Position numbers and translations under genes: made by a program. The notes beneath the pieces are model-generated. The model saw only the letters and a program-made list of their open reading frames with translations, had not been told where the DNA came from and did not search any database. A stretch of 64,000 nt of DNA from Candidatus Latescibacterota bacterium (lineage in GTDB: Bacteria; Latescibacterota; UBA2968), in assembly GCA_965222605.1 (NCBI GenBank), contig OZ244960.1, forward strand, positions 4,768,001-4,832,000, in the 5' to 3' direction. Positions 29,606 through 39,645 of the stretch are shown one piece after another; position 1 is the stretch's first letter, and the number at the start of each line of letters is the position of its first letter.

Positions 29606-30328
29606 ATGTCTGTATCCATACCAGATGGCCTCGTTGTCCTCACCTTTGATGACGGTGTCAAATCACAACATACCTTCGCCGCACCCATCTTGCGCGAATG
29701 CGGGTTCAATGCCACTTTTTATATTACTGAGGGCTTGAACTTTCTCACGGACAAAACGCGCTATCTCACATGGGAAGAAGTGCGCGAATTACACGATATG
29801 GGCTTTGAAATTGGGAATCATACGCGGCAGCATAAAAGCGTTGCCAATCAATCAGGTGAGGAACTTTTATCCGATATCCGCCACATTGATCGCCAGTGCA
29901 ACCACTACGGCATCCTGCTTCCTACCACATTTTGTTACCTCGGTTATACCAATACTCCCGAAGCCGTTGAGGTGATCAAAGAACGCGGTTTTACTTATGC
30001 CCGACGTGGGACGGCACCCGAATATCCATATCATCGAGAAGGTGGTCGCGGCCCGGCCTATAATCCCGTGCAACACGACCCTCTCCTTATTCCAACCACA
30101 GGCGCGTCGGGACCGCTCTGGAACTTCGGCGATTTTTTGTGGTCGCTCGATCAGGCTCAAAATGGTTGCGCCACAGTCCTCACCTTTCACGGGGTACCCG
30201 ATCTCGATCATCCATGGGTGCATACCAAACCCGCATTTTTTGAACGCTGTATGCAGCATCTCACAGATAATGGACACAGAGTAATCGCCCTGCGCGATCT
30301 CACAAACTACATCGCTATGGAGTCCTGA
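29606..30328 (+). CDS. Polysaccharide deacetylase (CE4/NodB)
   Basis: LTFDDG, EIGNHTRQH and LTFHG. Confidence 0.88.
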   Translation: MSVSIPDGLVVLTFDDGVKSQHTFAAPILRECGFNATFYITEGLNFLTDKTRYLTWEEVRELHDMGFEIGNHTRQHKSVANQSGEELLSDIRHIDRQCNHYGILLPTTFCYLGYTNTPEAVEVIKERGFTYARRGTAPEYPYHREGGRGPAYNPVQHDPLLIPTTGASGPLWNFGDFLWSLDQAQNGCATVLTFHGVPDLDHPWVHTKPAFFERCMQHLTDNGHRVIALRDLTNYIAMES

Positions 30329-30329
30329 C

Positions 30330-31130
30330 ATGGTCGATCCTCTTCCTCTTGTCGCCTATGACACACTTGCAGAGCAAACCGAAGCCCTGTACCGCGATGG
30401 CTATGCCTATCTGCCAGGTGTATTAACGCCCGGTCAAGTGACAAAACTCCCCGATCATATGGATGCGCTTACACCTATCCCGGAAAGTTTTGATAAAAAT
30501 GGGCGTCCTGAAGACATCGGCTTTATAAATAAACACATCAACAATGCGTTCAACCGGCACGCTCATTTTCTGCAATTTCTCGACCGCCCCGGCGTTATTG
30601 AGATCGCTGAAGCCATACACGGAGACGATTGTCACTGCATCGGCATGACCGCATGGATGACCGGCCCCGGGCGGCCCGACCAGAATCTCCACATCGATTG
30701 GCTTCCCTTGAGCCTGCCTGCGGACATACTTGAGGATTCTCGGGTACGCGTTCCCATTTTTATCACGACGGCGCATTTCTATCTCGACGACATCACGGAG
30801 GCACTTGGTCCCACCAATTTCATCCCCGGCAGTCACCTTTCGGGCAGAAGTCCCAATGGCGATATAACATGGAAAGGCCAGACTGAAAAATCCATCATGT
30901 GCAATGCCGGCGATGTGGTCATCTTTCGCAGTGAGGTCTGGCATCGCGGCACGGCCAATACCAGCGATAAAACGCGCTATCTGCTTCAAGTCCACTATGC
31001 GAAACGCATGATTACGCAAAAATATCCCCCGTATCTCAACCGATTCCAGTTTGATCCCGAAATTCTCGAGCAGGCGACACCACGCCAGCGCCGCCTTATG
31101 GGCGATCACAAAAGCAGCAATTACGATTGA
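30330..31130 (+). CDS. Single-domain PhyH family dioxygenase
   Basis: Canonical HID...PGSH...AGD...WHRG...R facial triad. Confidence 0.88.
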   Translation: MVDPLPLVAYDTLAEQTEALYRDGYAYLPGVLTPGQVTKLPDHMDALTPIPESFDKNGRPEDIGFINKHINNAFNRHAHFLQFLDRPGVIEIAEAIHGDDCHCIGMTAWMTGPGRPDQNLHIDWLPLSLPADILEDSRVRVPIFITTAHFYLDDITEALGPTNFIPGSHLSGRSPNGDITWKGQTEKSIMCNAGDVVIFRSEVWHRGTANTSDKTRYLLQVHYAKRMITQKYPPYLNRFQFDPEILEQATPRQRRLMGDHKSSNYD

Positions 31131-31140
31131 GGAGTATCTG

Positions 31141-31575
31141 ATGAGTTCTCTTATAGGATATTATCTGTGGCTAAAAGTAGTACATCTCATCGCCATGATT
31201 GGGTGGATGATCGGCATTTTGTATTTGCCGCGGCTATTCGCCTATCACGCCGATGCCTCTACTGATACGGATGAGACATTTCAACAGATGGAATACAATC
31301 TTATGCGGCTTCTGCTTATGCCTTGTATGATCGTCGTTTTTATTACAGGCATTCTCTTGATTATTGCAACGGGGAGCATGGCGAGCGGGTGGCTTCATAC
31401 CAAAATTCTACTCGTGCTCATGCTCGCGGGATTGCACGGCATGATGTCGCGTCAGCGCAAAAATTTCCAACGCGGCGAAAACACCAAAAGCGCGGCCTAT
31501 TTTCGCACCTTCAGCCATGTTACAACGCTCATTGTGATCCTTATTGTCGCGCTGGCTGTTTTGAAACCTTTTTAG
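31141..31575 (+). CDS. hemJ: Protoporphyrinogen oxidase HemJ
   Basis: WLKVVHLIAMIGW..G.LYLPRLFAYH, WLHTK and C-terminal VLKPF. Confidence 0.85.
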   Translation: MSSLIGYYLWLKVVHLIAMIGWMIGILYLPRLFAYHADASTDTDETFQQMEYNLMRLLLMPCMIVVFITGILLIIATGSMASGWLHTKILLVLMLAGLHGMMSRQRKNFQRGENTKSAAYFRTFSHVTTLIVILIVALAVLKPF

Positions 31576-31599
31576 TGTCCTTTTGAGTGGGAGTGAAGC

Positions 31600-32349
31600 A
31601 TGACAAACGACGAATTTGTGATTCCGCGACGATTGATTAATTCGGACCGGGAAGAAACACCGAGGTCCTTGCTGGACCTGATTGAACAGGGGCCATTCGA
31701 TTTGGACACGGCGGCGTGGTGGATGTCGCATGTGACGAATGGGGCATCGTGGATCGTGGGGTCGGGGCCGGGCGGAATCGGGAAATCGACGACGATGCGT
31801 TCCTTTCTGAGCGTTGTACCCGGAGACCGGGCATTTGCGATCGCGATGCCGAGAGAGATCGCACCGCTCGCGGATCAGAAACGCTGCACGATTGCGCTCG
31901 AGTTGAGCGATCATCGGCCGCCCGGCTACCTTTGGGACCAGGACCTGCGTGACTTCTTCGGCCTATCGAAGGTGGGACATCAGCTTGTGGGGAACGTCCA
32001 CGCGGATACGGTAGAAGAGACGCGTGAACAGATCGTCGGGGCGTGCAGCGTTCCCGAGGAACAGTTCCATCACATCAACATCATCGCATTCGTCTGGCTG
32101 GAAGGTTATGAACGCGGAAACAGCGGGCGGATCAAGGATCAGACGTCGCGGCGGTTTCTGACAAGCGTACACTACACCGATGGCTCAGGTGCTCACGAGC
32201 AAGTCTATTCGGAAGGATCAGGACTCTCGTTCAACGCACCGAGGGATGTGGCGCACGAAGCAAAGTGCCGAACTTTTTTAGAGGAGGCATTGAGAGAATC
32301 GTCGCGGGATATGGATGAATTGAGGGAGCGATATCTGGCCTGGCATTAG
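31600..32349 (+). CDS. Small P-loop ATPase related to type II/IV secretion (VirB11/CpaF-like) ATPases
   Basis: SLLDLIEQG, Walker A GPGGIGKST and His box GNVHADT. Confidence 0.7.
   Translation: MTNDEFVIPRRLINSDREETPRSLLDLIEQGPFDLDTAAWWMSHVTNGASWIVGSGPGGIGKSTTMRSFLSVVPGDRAFAIAMPREIAPLADQKRCTIALELSDHRPPGYLWDQDLRDFFGLSKVGHQLVGNVHADTVEETREQIVGACSVPEEQFHHINIIAFVWLEGYERGNSGRIKDQTSRRFLTSVHYTDGSGAHEQVYSEGSGLSFNAPRDVAHEAKCRTFLEEALRESSRDMDELRERYLAWH
31604..31630 (+). repeat. 27-bp direct repeat, left copy
   Basis: caaacgacgaatttgtgattccgcgac is identical to 34801-34827. Confidence 0.9.
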
Positions 32350-32399
32350 GAGCGGTGGATCCCCTTCGACTGGTAGCAGTCTCACGGCCCTTTTTTCGA

Positions 32400-33530
32400 T
32401 CATGCCTGGATCTGCTCCAGCCAGCCTTCCAGGGTGTAGCGTGGGTCGCCGATCTCCTCCGGGCGGAGGCACGCCAGGTCGGTGCGGTGCACGGGCCGGA
32501 TGCCGAGGTCGGGAAGGGTGGCGCCGCGCTGGTGGAGGTCGGTGCCGTAGAGTTTTTCCAGGACGACGCCGTTGGCGTCGCACCAGTCGCCCGAGTTGAG
32601 GGTGGGTAGGCTCTCTTCGGGGTCGAAACCGGGGGCACCGAGGTGGCGGTGGATCCATTCCAGGGCGACGGTGTAGCCGAAGTAGGGTCGATGCCCTCCC
32701 GCCGGTTCGAACCAGCAAGCGATGTGGCCGTCCGGGAAATTCGGAGCCGCGCAGGCCACGGCGTTCCTGGTACCTTCCCACGCGGCACTATCCCCCTCTG
32801 TGTCGATGATGACGTCGGCGTCGCCGTTGAGGATGAGGACGGCGCAGTGGGGCGCAGCAAGGGAGAGGAATTCGGGCCAGGTACAGAGGGTGCGCAGGCG
32901 CTGATTCGGTACGCGGGTGCAGAACTTGCCGGTGACCGTCATGGTGTCACACAGCGCCCAACCGGAGACCAGGGCCAGCTTGAGGCGGGTGTCGAGGGCC
33001 AGCATCCAGGAGGCCTTGGCGCCGCCGAGGGAGTTCCCCGCCACACCGACGCGCTCCCGGTCGATGTCGCTCCGTGTGAAGAGGAAATCGATGCCCCGCA
33101 TCGTGTCGAAGACGAGCTTGCCCATGATGAGCCGGTCAGCCCCATCGGCGCAGGTGTGGATCTCTTCGGGGTCGTGCGCTCGGGTACCCATGTCGCCGCA
33201 GATGTGCCGCTCTTCTTCTCCGACCGGGTCCAGAACCAGGCAGGCCAGTCCGAGTTTGGCGTAGAGCTGAGGGATGTAGGTGTACTGCCACTGGCTTTTG
33301 CTGCCGCCGTGGCCGCAGGTGATTACGATGGACGGCATGGGTGCGGTGGGGTGTGCCGGTCGATAGAGTACGGAGGGGACGCGGGAACCGGGTTCGCTCG
33401 TCCAGATCCATTTTTCGACGATGATTCCATCCCGTTCGATCTGTCCGCGGGACTCCGGAGCCAGGTCGCAGCGGACCGTGGGGATGCCCAGGAGGTCGTG
33501 CAGGTCGCGGCGCAGGGATTTGGTCTGCAT
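32400..33530 (-). CDS. Alpha/beta hydrolase (acetyl xylan esterase/Abhydrolase_7-like), GC-rich
   Basis: CGHGGSK, GNSLGG nucleophile, NGDAD and GGHRPY. Confidence 0.85.
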   Translation of the reverse strand: MQTKSLRRDLHDLLGIPTVRCDLAPESRGQIERDGIIVEKWIWTSEPGSRVPSVLYRPAHPTAPMPSIVITCGHGGSKSQWQYTYIPQLYAKLGLACLVLDPVGEEERHICGDMGTRAHDPEEIHTCADGADRLIMGKLVFDTMRGIDFLFTRSDIDRERVGVAGNSLGGAKASWMLALDTRLKLALVSGWALCDTMTVTGKFCTRVPNQRLRTLCTWPEFLSLAAPHCAVLILNGDADVIIDTEGDSAAWEGTRNAVACAAPNFPDGHIACWFEPAGGHRPYFGYTVALEWIHRHLGAPGFDPEESLPTLNSGDWCDANGVVLEKLYGTDLHQRGATLPDLGIRPVHRTDLACLRPEEIGDPRYTLEGWLEQIQA

Positions 33531-33544
33531 TGGACTCGCTCCCG

Positions 33545-34672
33545 CTAAAACTTGAAGGTGAAGATTTTGATCGTGTGTGGACTCGGGTCTGGTCTGGTGA
33601 AGTCCAGGGTCTTGTACTGCTCGGGCACGGTGGACCAGCCTTCGTAGATGTTGCCGCCGAAGTAGAAACGCCGCGTCATGCCTGGCCTCGTGGTCGGAGT
33701 GCCCGTCGCGAAGAGCTCGTAGGAATGCTCCGGCGGGCGCGGGCCGGTTTGATCGCCGTGAGGCACGTACTCTCTGAGACCGTCGCCATCGACGTCCGCT
33801 CGAATCCAGTCGAGGTGGAGCAGGCGATGGTAGCTGCCATCGACGATCATGCCGACCAGCCTGGTGTTGAACCGCGAGATAATCAACTCGGCGTCCGGAA
33901 GCGAGCGGCGGATGGCGAGGTGAAGCGAGCGTGTGAGCAGCGGCGTCGAGCCGAACGCCAGCCGCGTTCGAGCTTCTTCTCCGTGGTTGCTGATGAGGTA
34001 CTGGATTACCAGGTCGTCCATCAGCGTGTAGTCCGCCTCACCGTTGAGGAGTTTTGCGACGCTGTCCTCTGGGCTGTTCGAGCCGACGAAGATTGGCCCG
34101 ACCGTCGTCTCGACTGCCTCGCCATACGCGTATCCGGCAACCAGGGCGATCCGCTTGCCGGCGAGGTCGGCCAGCGCGGTCGCAGACACGTCGCTGCCCT
34201 GCCGCCCGACGAGGATCAACCGGTTCTCAAGATATGGCTGCGAGTAAAGTAGCACGCGTTCGCGCTCCGCGTCCTTCCAGAGAGCTGCGCTTCCGTCGAA
34301 CTCACCGCTCAGCAGTGAGGGCGTCAGCCTGGCCTCGTCCACGATGACCGTTTCGGCGATGATCCCTATGCGTTCGAGAGCCACGCCAACCAGATCAAGG
34401 GCGAACCGCGGTTGTCCCGGCGCGTTGGTGAACGGCGACCACGCCGTCGACACGAGTTGCAGTTGCCGATCCTGCGCTACTGCTATGATCGGTATGGCGA
34501 TGATCAGGAGTAGCAGCGCTCTGGTCGTCCACCGGCTCCAACGAAGAAGCCGTGTTTGGCGCATGGGGCGTGAACTGTCTATTTCCGTGCGTCGCTCAAC
34601 GGGTCGTCTTTCTCTCGCCTGACTGCTCATGGGAAATCCTCTCTCAAGGGAGATTGCGGTTGGTATGTTCAT
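33545..34672 (-). CDS. Solute-binding protein family 3 with a C-terminal DxDxDG extension, GC-rich (start uncertain)
   Basis: STAWSPF, YSQPYLENRLILV, LAGKRIALVAGYAY, DGSY and DVDGDG. Confidence 0.78.
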   Translation of the reverse strand: MNIPTAISLERGFPMSSQARERRPVERRTEIDSSRPMRQTRLLRWSRWTTRALLLLIIAIPIIAVAQDRQLQLVSTAWSPFTNAPGQPRFALDLVGVALERIGIIAETVIVDEARLTPSLLSGEFDGSAALWKDAERERVLLYSQPYLENRLILVGRQGSDVSATALADLAGKRIALVAGYAYGEAVETTVGPIFVGSNSPEDSVAKLLNGEADYTLMDDLVIQYLISNHGEEARTRLAFGSTPLLTRSLHLAIRRSLPDAELIISRFNTRLVGMIVDGSYHRLLHLDWIRADVDGDGLREYVPHGDQTGPRPPEHSYELFATGTPTTRPGMTRRFYFGGNIYEGWSTVPEQYKTLDFTRPDPSPHTIKIFTFKF

Positions 34673-34800
34673 GGACCGGAGACCAGGACCGTCAGCGCCC
34701 TATTGGATCAGCTCGGGCTCGCAACGTCCTGTTTCTAAACGGACAATATATATACCTCCTACAGGAGGTCAAAAGAAAACTTAAGAGGATTAAAAAATGG

Positions 34801-34827
34801 CAAACGACGAATTTGTGATTCCGCGAC
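34801..34827 (+). repeat. 27-bp direct repeat, right copy (orphan gene start MANDEFVIPR with its own RBS)
   Basis: Identical to 31604-31630; preceded by AAGAGGA and an ATG at 34797. Confidence 0.9.
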
Positions 34828-34862
34828 AAAAAATCGCGACTTCTAAAAATGGAAGTCGCGAT
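34828..34862 (-). terminator. tmRNA terminator
   Basis: Minus strand atcgcgacttc-cattttta-gaagtcgcgat-ttttt. Confidence 0.75.
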
Positions 34863-34871
34863 GCAAGTTAT

Positions 34872-35256
34872 TGGTGGAGGCGGCGGGAATCGAACCCGCG
34901 TCCGAAAGCAGTTTAACAACGGCATCTACGTGTGTAGTCTATTCACTTAGAATCTCACATCTCGCGCCCCAACAGACAGGGTCGCTGAGATGCCAGCTCG
35001 ATGGTTGGGGCTGTGGCCCGCTCTCATCCGGAGGCCCTCGAGCGGAAACCCCCGCACCAGCCTGCTCTCGTCGGCGCTCTGCCCAGACCACGCAGGCAAG
35101 GTCTGAGAGAACGGACTGCGTAACGGTTAGTTAGGCAGCCATTGCGTACGTGTTATCGTCCGCAGTTGCGTTTTTTCCCAATTGTTTTACGAGGTGATTG
35201 GGCACCTCGACACGCAGCCATCATCTCTCCACCCCCGTCGAAGCCATGTCGCCCCC
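34872..35256 (-). ncRNA. ssrA: tmRNA; tag peptide (A)ADDNTYAMAA* at 35163-35131
   Basis: 5' GGGGGCGACATGGCTTCGAC; 3' GGACGCGGGTTCGATTCCCGCCGCCTCCACCA; internal tag ORF ending in AA-stop. Confidence 0.96.
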
Positions 35257-35320
35257 AGCACGTTGAAAAATATATCTAAGTTAATCCTTCCAGTCAAGCA
35301 GTCAACTGTCCAACCCCAGC

Positions 35321-36256
35321 CTAATTTCCCCTAAACCACGCAATTGTCTGTCGCAATCCCTCCTCTGGCGTCACCCTGGGTTCCCATCCCAGGAGTTTTT
35401 TGGCCAGGGTGATATCGGGTTGTCGCATTTGGGGATCGTCGCCGATTTGTGCGTTGGGCATCAGCGCGATCTCGCTTTTGCTATCAGTTAGTTCAATAAT
35501 CTTCTTTGCCAGATCTAACATCGATGTCTCACTCGCTGGATTGCCGATGTTTACTGGTGCGTGATAATCTGTGTGCATCAATCGATAGATCCCTTCAATC
35601 AGGTCCGAAACATAACAAATACTGCGCGTTTGACTGCCATCGCCATATACTTTCAATGGTTCACCTGCCAGTGCCTGATTGACAAAATTGGGAATGGCTC
35701 GTCCATCGTTTTTGCGCATGCGAGGGCCATAGGTATTAAAAATCCGCACAATTCGCGTATCGACCCCGCTTTCGCGGTGATAGGCCATTGTCATGGCCTC
35801 GGCAAAACGCTTGGCTTCGTCATAGACGCCACGCACGCCCAGTGTATTGACATTGCCCAAATACGATTCTGGCTGTGGATGCACCAGGGGGTCGCCGTAA
35901 ATCTCGGATGTTGAGGCCAAAAAAAACTTCGCTTTTTTTGTACGCGCCACACCGAGCGCGTTGTGCGTGCCGTGTGCGCCCACTTTCAGGATGCGGATTG
36001 GATAGCGCGAAAAATCATCGGGGCTGGCCGGGCTGGCAAAATGCAACACATAATCCAGTGGCCCTTTCACATAGATGTATTGTGTCACATCGTGTTTAAT
36101 AAATGTAAAACCATCTCGTCCAAACAGATGCGCGATATTTTTTGCACGTCCGGTCAACAGATTATCCATGACAATTAGTTCGTGCCTTTCATCCAGCAAA
36201 CGGTCACACAAATGCGACCCTAAAAACCCCGCGCCACCTGTTATTAAAATACGCAT
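35321..36256 (-). CDS. UDP-glucuronic acid decarboxylase family (extended SDR)
   Basis: [33 protein letters not shown] and [10 protein letters not shown]. Confidence 0.93.
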   Translation of the reverse strand: MRILITGGAGFLGSHLCDRLLDERHELIVMDNLLTGRAKNIAHLFGRDGFTFIKHDVTQYIYVKGPLDYVLHFASPASPDDFSRYPIRILKVGAHGTHNALGVARTKKAKFFLASTSEIYGDPLVHPQPESYLGNVNTLGVRGVYDEAKRFAEAMTMAYHRESGVDTRIVRIFNTYGPRMRKNDGRAIPNFVNQALAGEPLKVYGDGSQTRSICYVSDLIEGIYRLMHTDYHAPVNIGNPASETSMLDLAKKIIELTDSKSEIALMPNAQIGDDPQMRQPDITLAKKLLGWEPRVTPEEGLRQTIAWFRGN

Positions 36257-36266
36257 ATAATCCCTG

Positions 36267-37613
36267 TTACAATTTAAAGACGTGATCTTTTTTTCCAGAT
36301 ACGGCCTGTGTGGCATTGCGCGTATCGACAATACAGCGCGCGTGTTTTACAATCCAGTCGTAGTCGCAATCGCTGTGATGTGTCACAATCACCACACAAT
36401 GGGACGCAGTTAAGTTTTTCTCGTTTAAAGTAATGCTCTTCAAGTCCAAACTGTCTGTCTGCAAGTGATCTACAAACGGATCAGAATACGAGACCTTAGC
36501 GCCTTTCTCTCCAAGCATTTCTATAATATCCAATGCCGGCGACTCGCGAATATCGCTCACATCGGGCTTGTACGTCACGCCCAATATCAAAATGTTCGAG
36601 CCTTTCAAACACCGTTCGTATTCGTTGAGTGCGCCGGTGATTTTATCGACCACATAACCAGGCATGCTGCGCGTCACTTCGCTGGCCAATTCGATAAAGC
36701 GCGCATTGTAATTCAAGGTCTTCAGCTTCCAGGCCAGAAAGTGTGGATCAACCGGGATACAATGCCCACCCAGCCCAGGGCCGGGATAAAATGGCATAAA
36801 CCCAAACGGCTTGGTCGCTGCAGCATCGATTACTTCCCAAACATCCACTCCCAGACGGTCACACATTAGTGCCACTTCATTGACAAGACCTATATTCACA
36901 CTGCGAAATGTATTTTCCAGCAACTTGGTCATTTCAGCGGCCTGGGTCGTTGAGACCGGCACGACTTCGCCAATCAATTGCCGGTAAAAATGTGTGCCTA
37001 TTTCTGTGCAAGACGGTGTAATACCACCCACGACTTTGGGCGTGTTGGTGATGGTATAAACCCTATTGCCCGGATCAATGCGCTCTGGGGAAAATACCAA
37101 AAAAAAGTCTCGACCGGCCTTCAAGCCACTTTCTTCAAGCAAGGGCAATACCAGTTCATGAGTCGTACCTGGATATGTGGTACTCTCCAGAATTACCAGT
37201 TGTCCGCAACACAATCGATCTTTGATTGCATCACACGCTTGTAAAATAAACGAGACATCCGGGTCGCGTGTTTTATTTAAGGGCGTGGGCACACACACCA
37301 CCACCACATCGGCCTCATTGAGTACATCGCATTCTCGCGTCGCTGTCAATTTCCCCACAGCTTTGAGACCCGCCACTTCAAATTCCGATACACCTTGCAC
37401 ATCGGACTTTCCCGATTCGACGAGATCTACTTTGCGCGCCGATGTATCGATCCCCGTGACGGAAAATCCCACCTTACCCAATTCCACGGATAGGGCCAAT
37501 CCCACATACCCCAATCCCATCACCGCCACCCGCGCCTCGTGCGATGCAATCTTCTCCTCCAGCATCTGTCTGGGATTGGCGATTTCTCGAGACACACTTT
37601 CTGTTATAGCCAT
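36267..37613 (-). CDS. UDP-N-acetyl-D-hexosamine 6-dehydrogenase (WbpA/TviB-like)
   Basis: [27 protein letters not shown] and GGHCIPVDP. Confidence 0.93.
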   Translation of the reverse strand: MAITESVSREIANPRQMLEEKIASHEARVAVMGLGYVGLALSVELGKVGFSVTGIDTSARKVDLVESGKSDVQGVSEFEVAGLKAVGKLTATRECDVLNEADVVVVCVPTPLNKTRDPDVSFILQACDAIKDRLCCGQLVILESTTYPGTTHELVLPLLEESGLKAGRDFFLVFSPERIDPGNRVYTITNTPKVVGGITPSCTEIGTHFYRQLIGEVVPVSTTQAAEMTKLLENTFRSVNIGLVNEVALMCDRLGVDVWEVIDAAATKPFGFMPFYPGPGLGGHCIPVDPHFLAWKLKTLNYNARFIELASEVTRSMPGYVVDKITGALNEYERCLKGSNILILGVTYKPDVSDIRESPALDIIEMLGEKGAKVSYSDPFVDHLQTDSLDLKSITLNEKNLTASHCVVIVTHHSDCDYDWIVKHARCIVDTRNATQAVSGKKDHVFKL

Positions 37614-38536
37614 TATGTTATCCGCTCTGGCCCGATCATTTGAATCAATACGGCCTTTTGAATGTGCATGCGATTCTCAGCTTGATCCACAGCAATGCAT
37701 CGCTCGCTTGCCATGACTTCATCTGTCACTTCATATCCCTTGTGTGCAGGCAAGCAGTGCATCACATAAGCGTCGGTCTTTTTGAGCAAATCGCCATTGA
37801 TCTGATATGGCATAAATAATTTAGCGCGTCGCTCTTTTTCTTCTGCAAATTCTGGATTGTTAAAAAATTCCATATCGATCCACGTATCGGTATAAAGAAA
37901 ATCTGCATCGGCAACAGCGGCTTCCAGATCCAGCGTTTCTTCAAATAACCCGGTTGCACGCGCTGCTTTGACCAGTTCGGGATCTGCCGATGGCTTGTTG
38001 ATCTCTGGCGTCACAGCAGTTATGCGTACGCCGGCTTTTGTACACGCTGTCACCAGCGAATTGCACACATTGTTCCAGATGCCCGCATAAACCACATGAG
38101 TCCCCGCTAACTTACCTCGCACTTCCAGGATCGACAGCAGATCGCCCAGGGCTTGACAGGGGTGATAGCGGTCGCAACATCCGTTGATCACCGGGACTTC
38201 GGAACCGAGGGTCAGCCGAAGCAAATCTTCGTGTTTGAGCATGCGCGCCATAATCACATCTGCATACCGCGACAGCACTTGTGCTTCATCGCGCACATCG
38301 GCCAATCCAAAATTGGTGGTCATCCAGTCCAAAAACACGGCCTGACCTCCCAATTGATGCATGCCCACTTCAAAAGATACGCGAGTGCGCGTCGATGTTT
38401 TCTGAAATAACATCGCCAAAGTTTGTCCCTTTAGCAAACTCTCATAGCGTTCGGGACTCTTTTTAATCACCAGACCCATTTCTACCGCACGTAAAATATC
38501 ATCTGGCGACCACGTCTTTAGTGTCAAAAGATCCAT
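37613..38536 (-). CDS. argF: Ornithine carbamoyltransferase
   Basis: KTSTRTR, HPCQ, HCLPA and QAENR. Confidence 0.92.
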   Translation of the reverse strand: MDLLTLKTWSPDDILRAVEMGLVIKKSPERYESLLKGQTLAMLFQKTSTRTRVSFEVGMHQLGGQAVFLDWMTTNFGLADVRDEAQVLSRYADVIMARMLKHEDLLRLTLGSEVPVINGCCDRYHPCQALGDLLSILEVRGKLAGTHVVYAGIWNNVCNSLVTACTKAGVRITAVTPEINKPSADPELVKAARATGLFEETLDLEAAVADADFLYTDTWIDMEFFNNPEFAEEKERRAKLFMPYQINGDLLKKTDAYVMHCLPAHKGYEVTDEVMASERCIAVDQAENRMHIQKAVLIQMIGPERIT

Positions 38537-38553
38537 ATTCCTTTCCTTTCCAT

Positions 38554-38628
38554 TGAACCGCTGCTACAGCCTGCTCCTGCTGGAATCAAGCAGGAGGTTG
38601 CCAGGCCTGGGGGAGTTTCACCGATTCA
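38554..38628 (-). ncRNA. Candidate structured RNA with SRP domain IV-like sequence
   Basis: Minus strand TGAATCG..AACTCCCCCAGG-CCTG-GCAA..CAGG-AGCA..CGGTTCA; nested stems fill the nrnA-argF spacer. Confidence 0.35.
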
Positions 38629-39600
38629 CAATTGTTCGCGCACAAGAGATAGCAAACGCGCTTGCACTTCATTGACAGAGCCTTTAATCTCGCATCCCGA
38701 TGCGAGGATGTGACCGCCACCATCAAATTGGCGGGCAATGCGATTGACATCCACTTTTCCCCGCGACCGCAAACTCACGCGCTGTTGCCCCGGCTCCTGC
38801 TCTTTAAGAAATAGTGCGACTTCGACTCCGTCAATCGACATTGCGTGATCGACCACCCCATCCAGATCGCCATTCATCGCATGCGTTTTGTGATCGACGT
38901 ACAATGTGCTGATCTGTCCATTTTCGTGTAGCGTCAGGTTCGACAGTGCGAACCCCAGAGTTTTTACCGTTTGGTATGTCTGATGCGAAAACATATTCTC
39001 TGCAATTTGCTGTGGATCAGCACCGTATGTAACGAGTTCTGCGGCAGCGCGGAGGGCGCGTTCTGGATGCGAATGCCTAAAGAGCTTTGTGTCAAAGACA
39101 ATTCCAGCATATAAACACGTCGCGATCTCGGGTGTAAATCCCGCGTTACTACGACGGGCATACCAGTTTATGAGCAAATAGATCAATTCACTGGCAGAGC
39201 TGGCATCCGGATCAATCACCCGTACATCGCTCTCTTCATCTGCATCCACATGGTGATCGATCACCAGCGTTTTGGTCGCAGGCCCAATCAGACCCGCGAC
39301 ATCGCCAATGCGTTTTTCCGATGTCGTCGTATCCACCACCACGAGGCGCGGCACGGGCGAGGACCTGGTTCTTGCACTATGCGGGTACACCGATTCAATG
39401 CGATCATAGCCCGGCAAAAACTGATATTTGCGATCCGGCGTCTCGTCCGCCACCACAAGGCGATGCTTTTTGCCCTGCCTCGTCAGCCAATGGCTCAACC
39501 CCAAAAGCGCACCGAGGCCATCGCCATCGGCATTCACATGCGTTGTTAGCACGAGTTTATCGCCTGAAAATAAAAAATTCAGAGCCGCTTGAAAGTCCAT
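38626..39600 (-). CDS. nrnA: DHH/DHHA1 phosphoesterase (NrnA-like oligoribonuclease/pAp phosphatase)
   Basis: HVNADGD, IDHH, SLRS and GGGH. Confidence 0.88.
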   Translation of the reverse strand: MDFQAALNFLFSGDKLVLTTHVNADGDGLGALLGLSHWLTRQGKKHRLVVADETPDRKYQFLPGYDRIESVYPHSARTRSSPVPRLVVVDTTTSEKRIGDVAGLIGPATKTLVIDHHVDADEESDVRVIDPDASSASELIYLLINWYARRSNAGFTPEIATCLYAGIVFDTKLFRHSHPERALRAAAELVTYGADPQQIAENMFSHQTYQTVKTLGFALSNLTLHENGQISTLYVDHKTHAMNGDLDGVVDHAMSIDGVEVALFLKEQEPGQQRVSLRSRGKVDVNRIARQFDGGGHILASGCEIKGSVNEVQARLLSLVREQL

Positions 39601-39645
39601 TGTTATATCCAAATGTACGCATCAGTGCAAGAGAATAGCTGTTCA

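Noticed and set aside
32643-33548. 301-aa plus-strand ORF (also 33530-34252)
   Set aside because: These are antisense to well-supported genes in GC-rich DNA, where stop codons are scarce.
34871-35134. 87-aa ORF MVEAAGIEPAS...
   Set aside because: It is the reverse-complement reading of tmRNA, a common spurious ORF.
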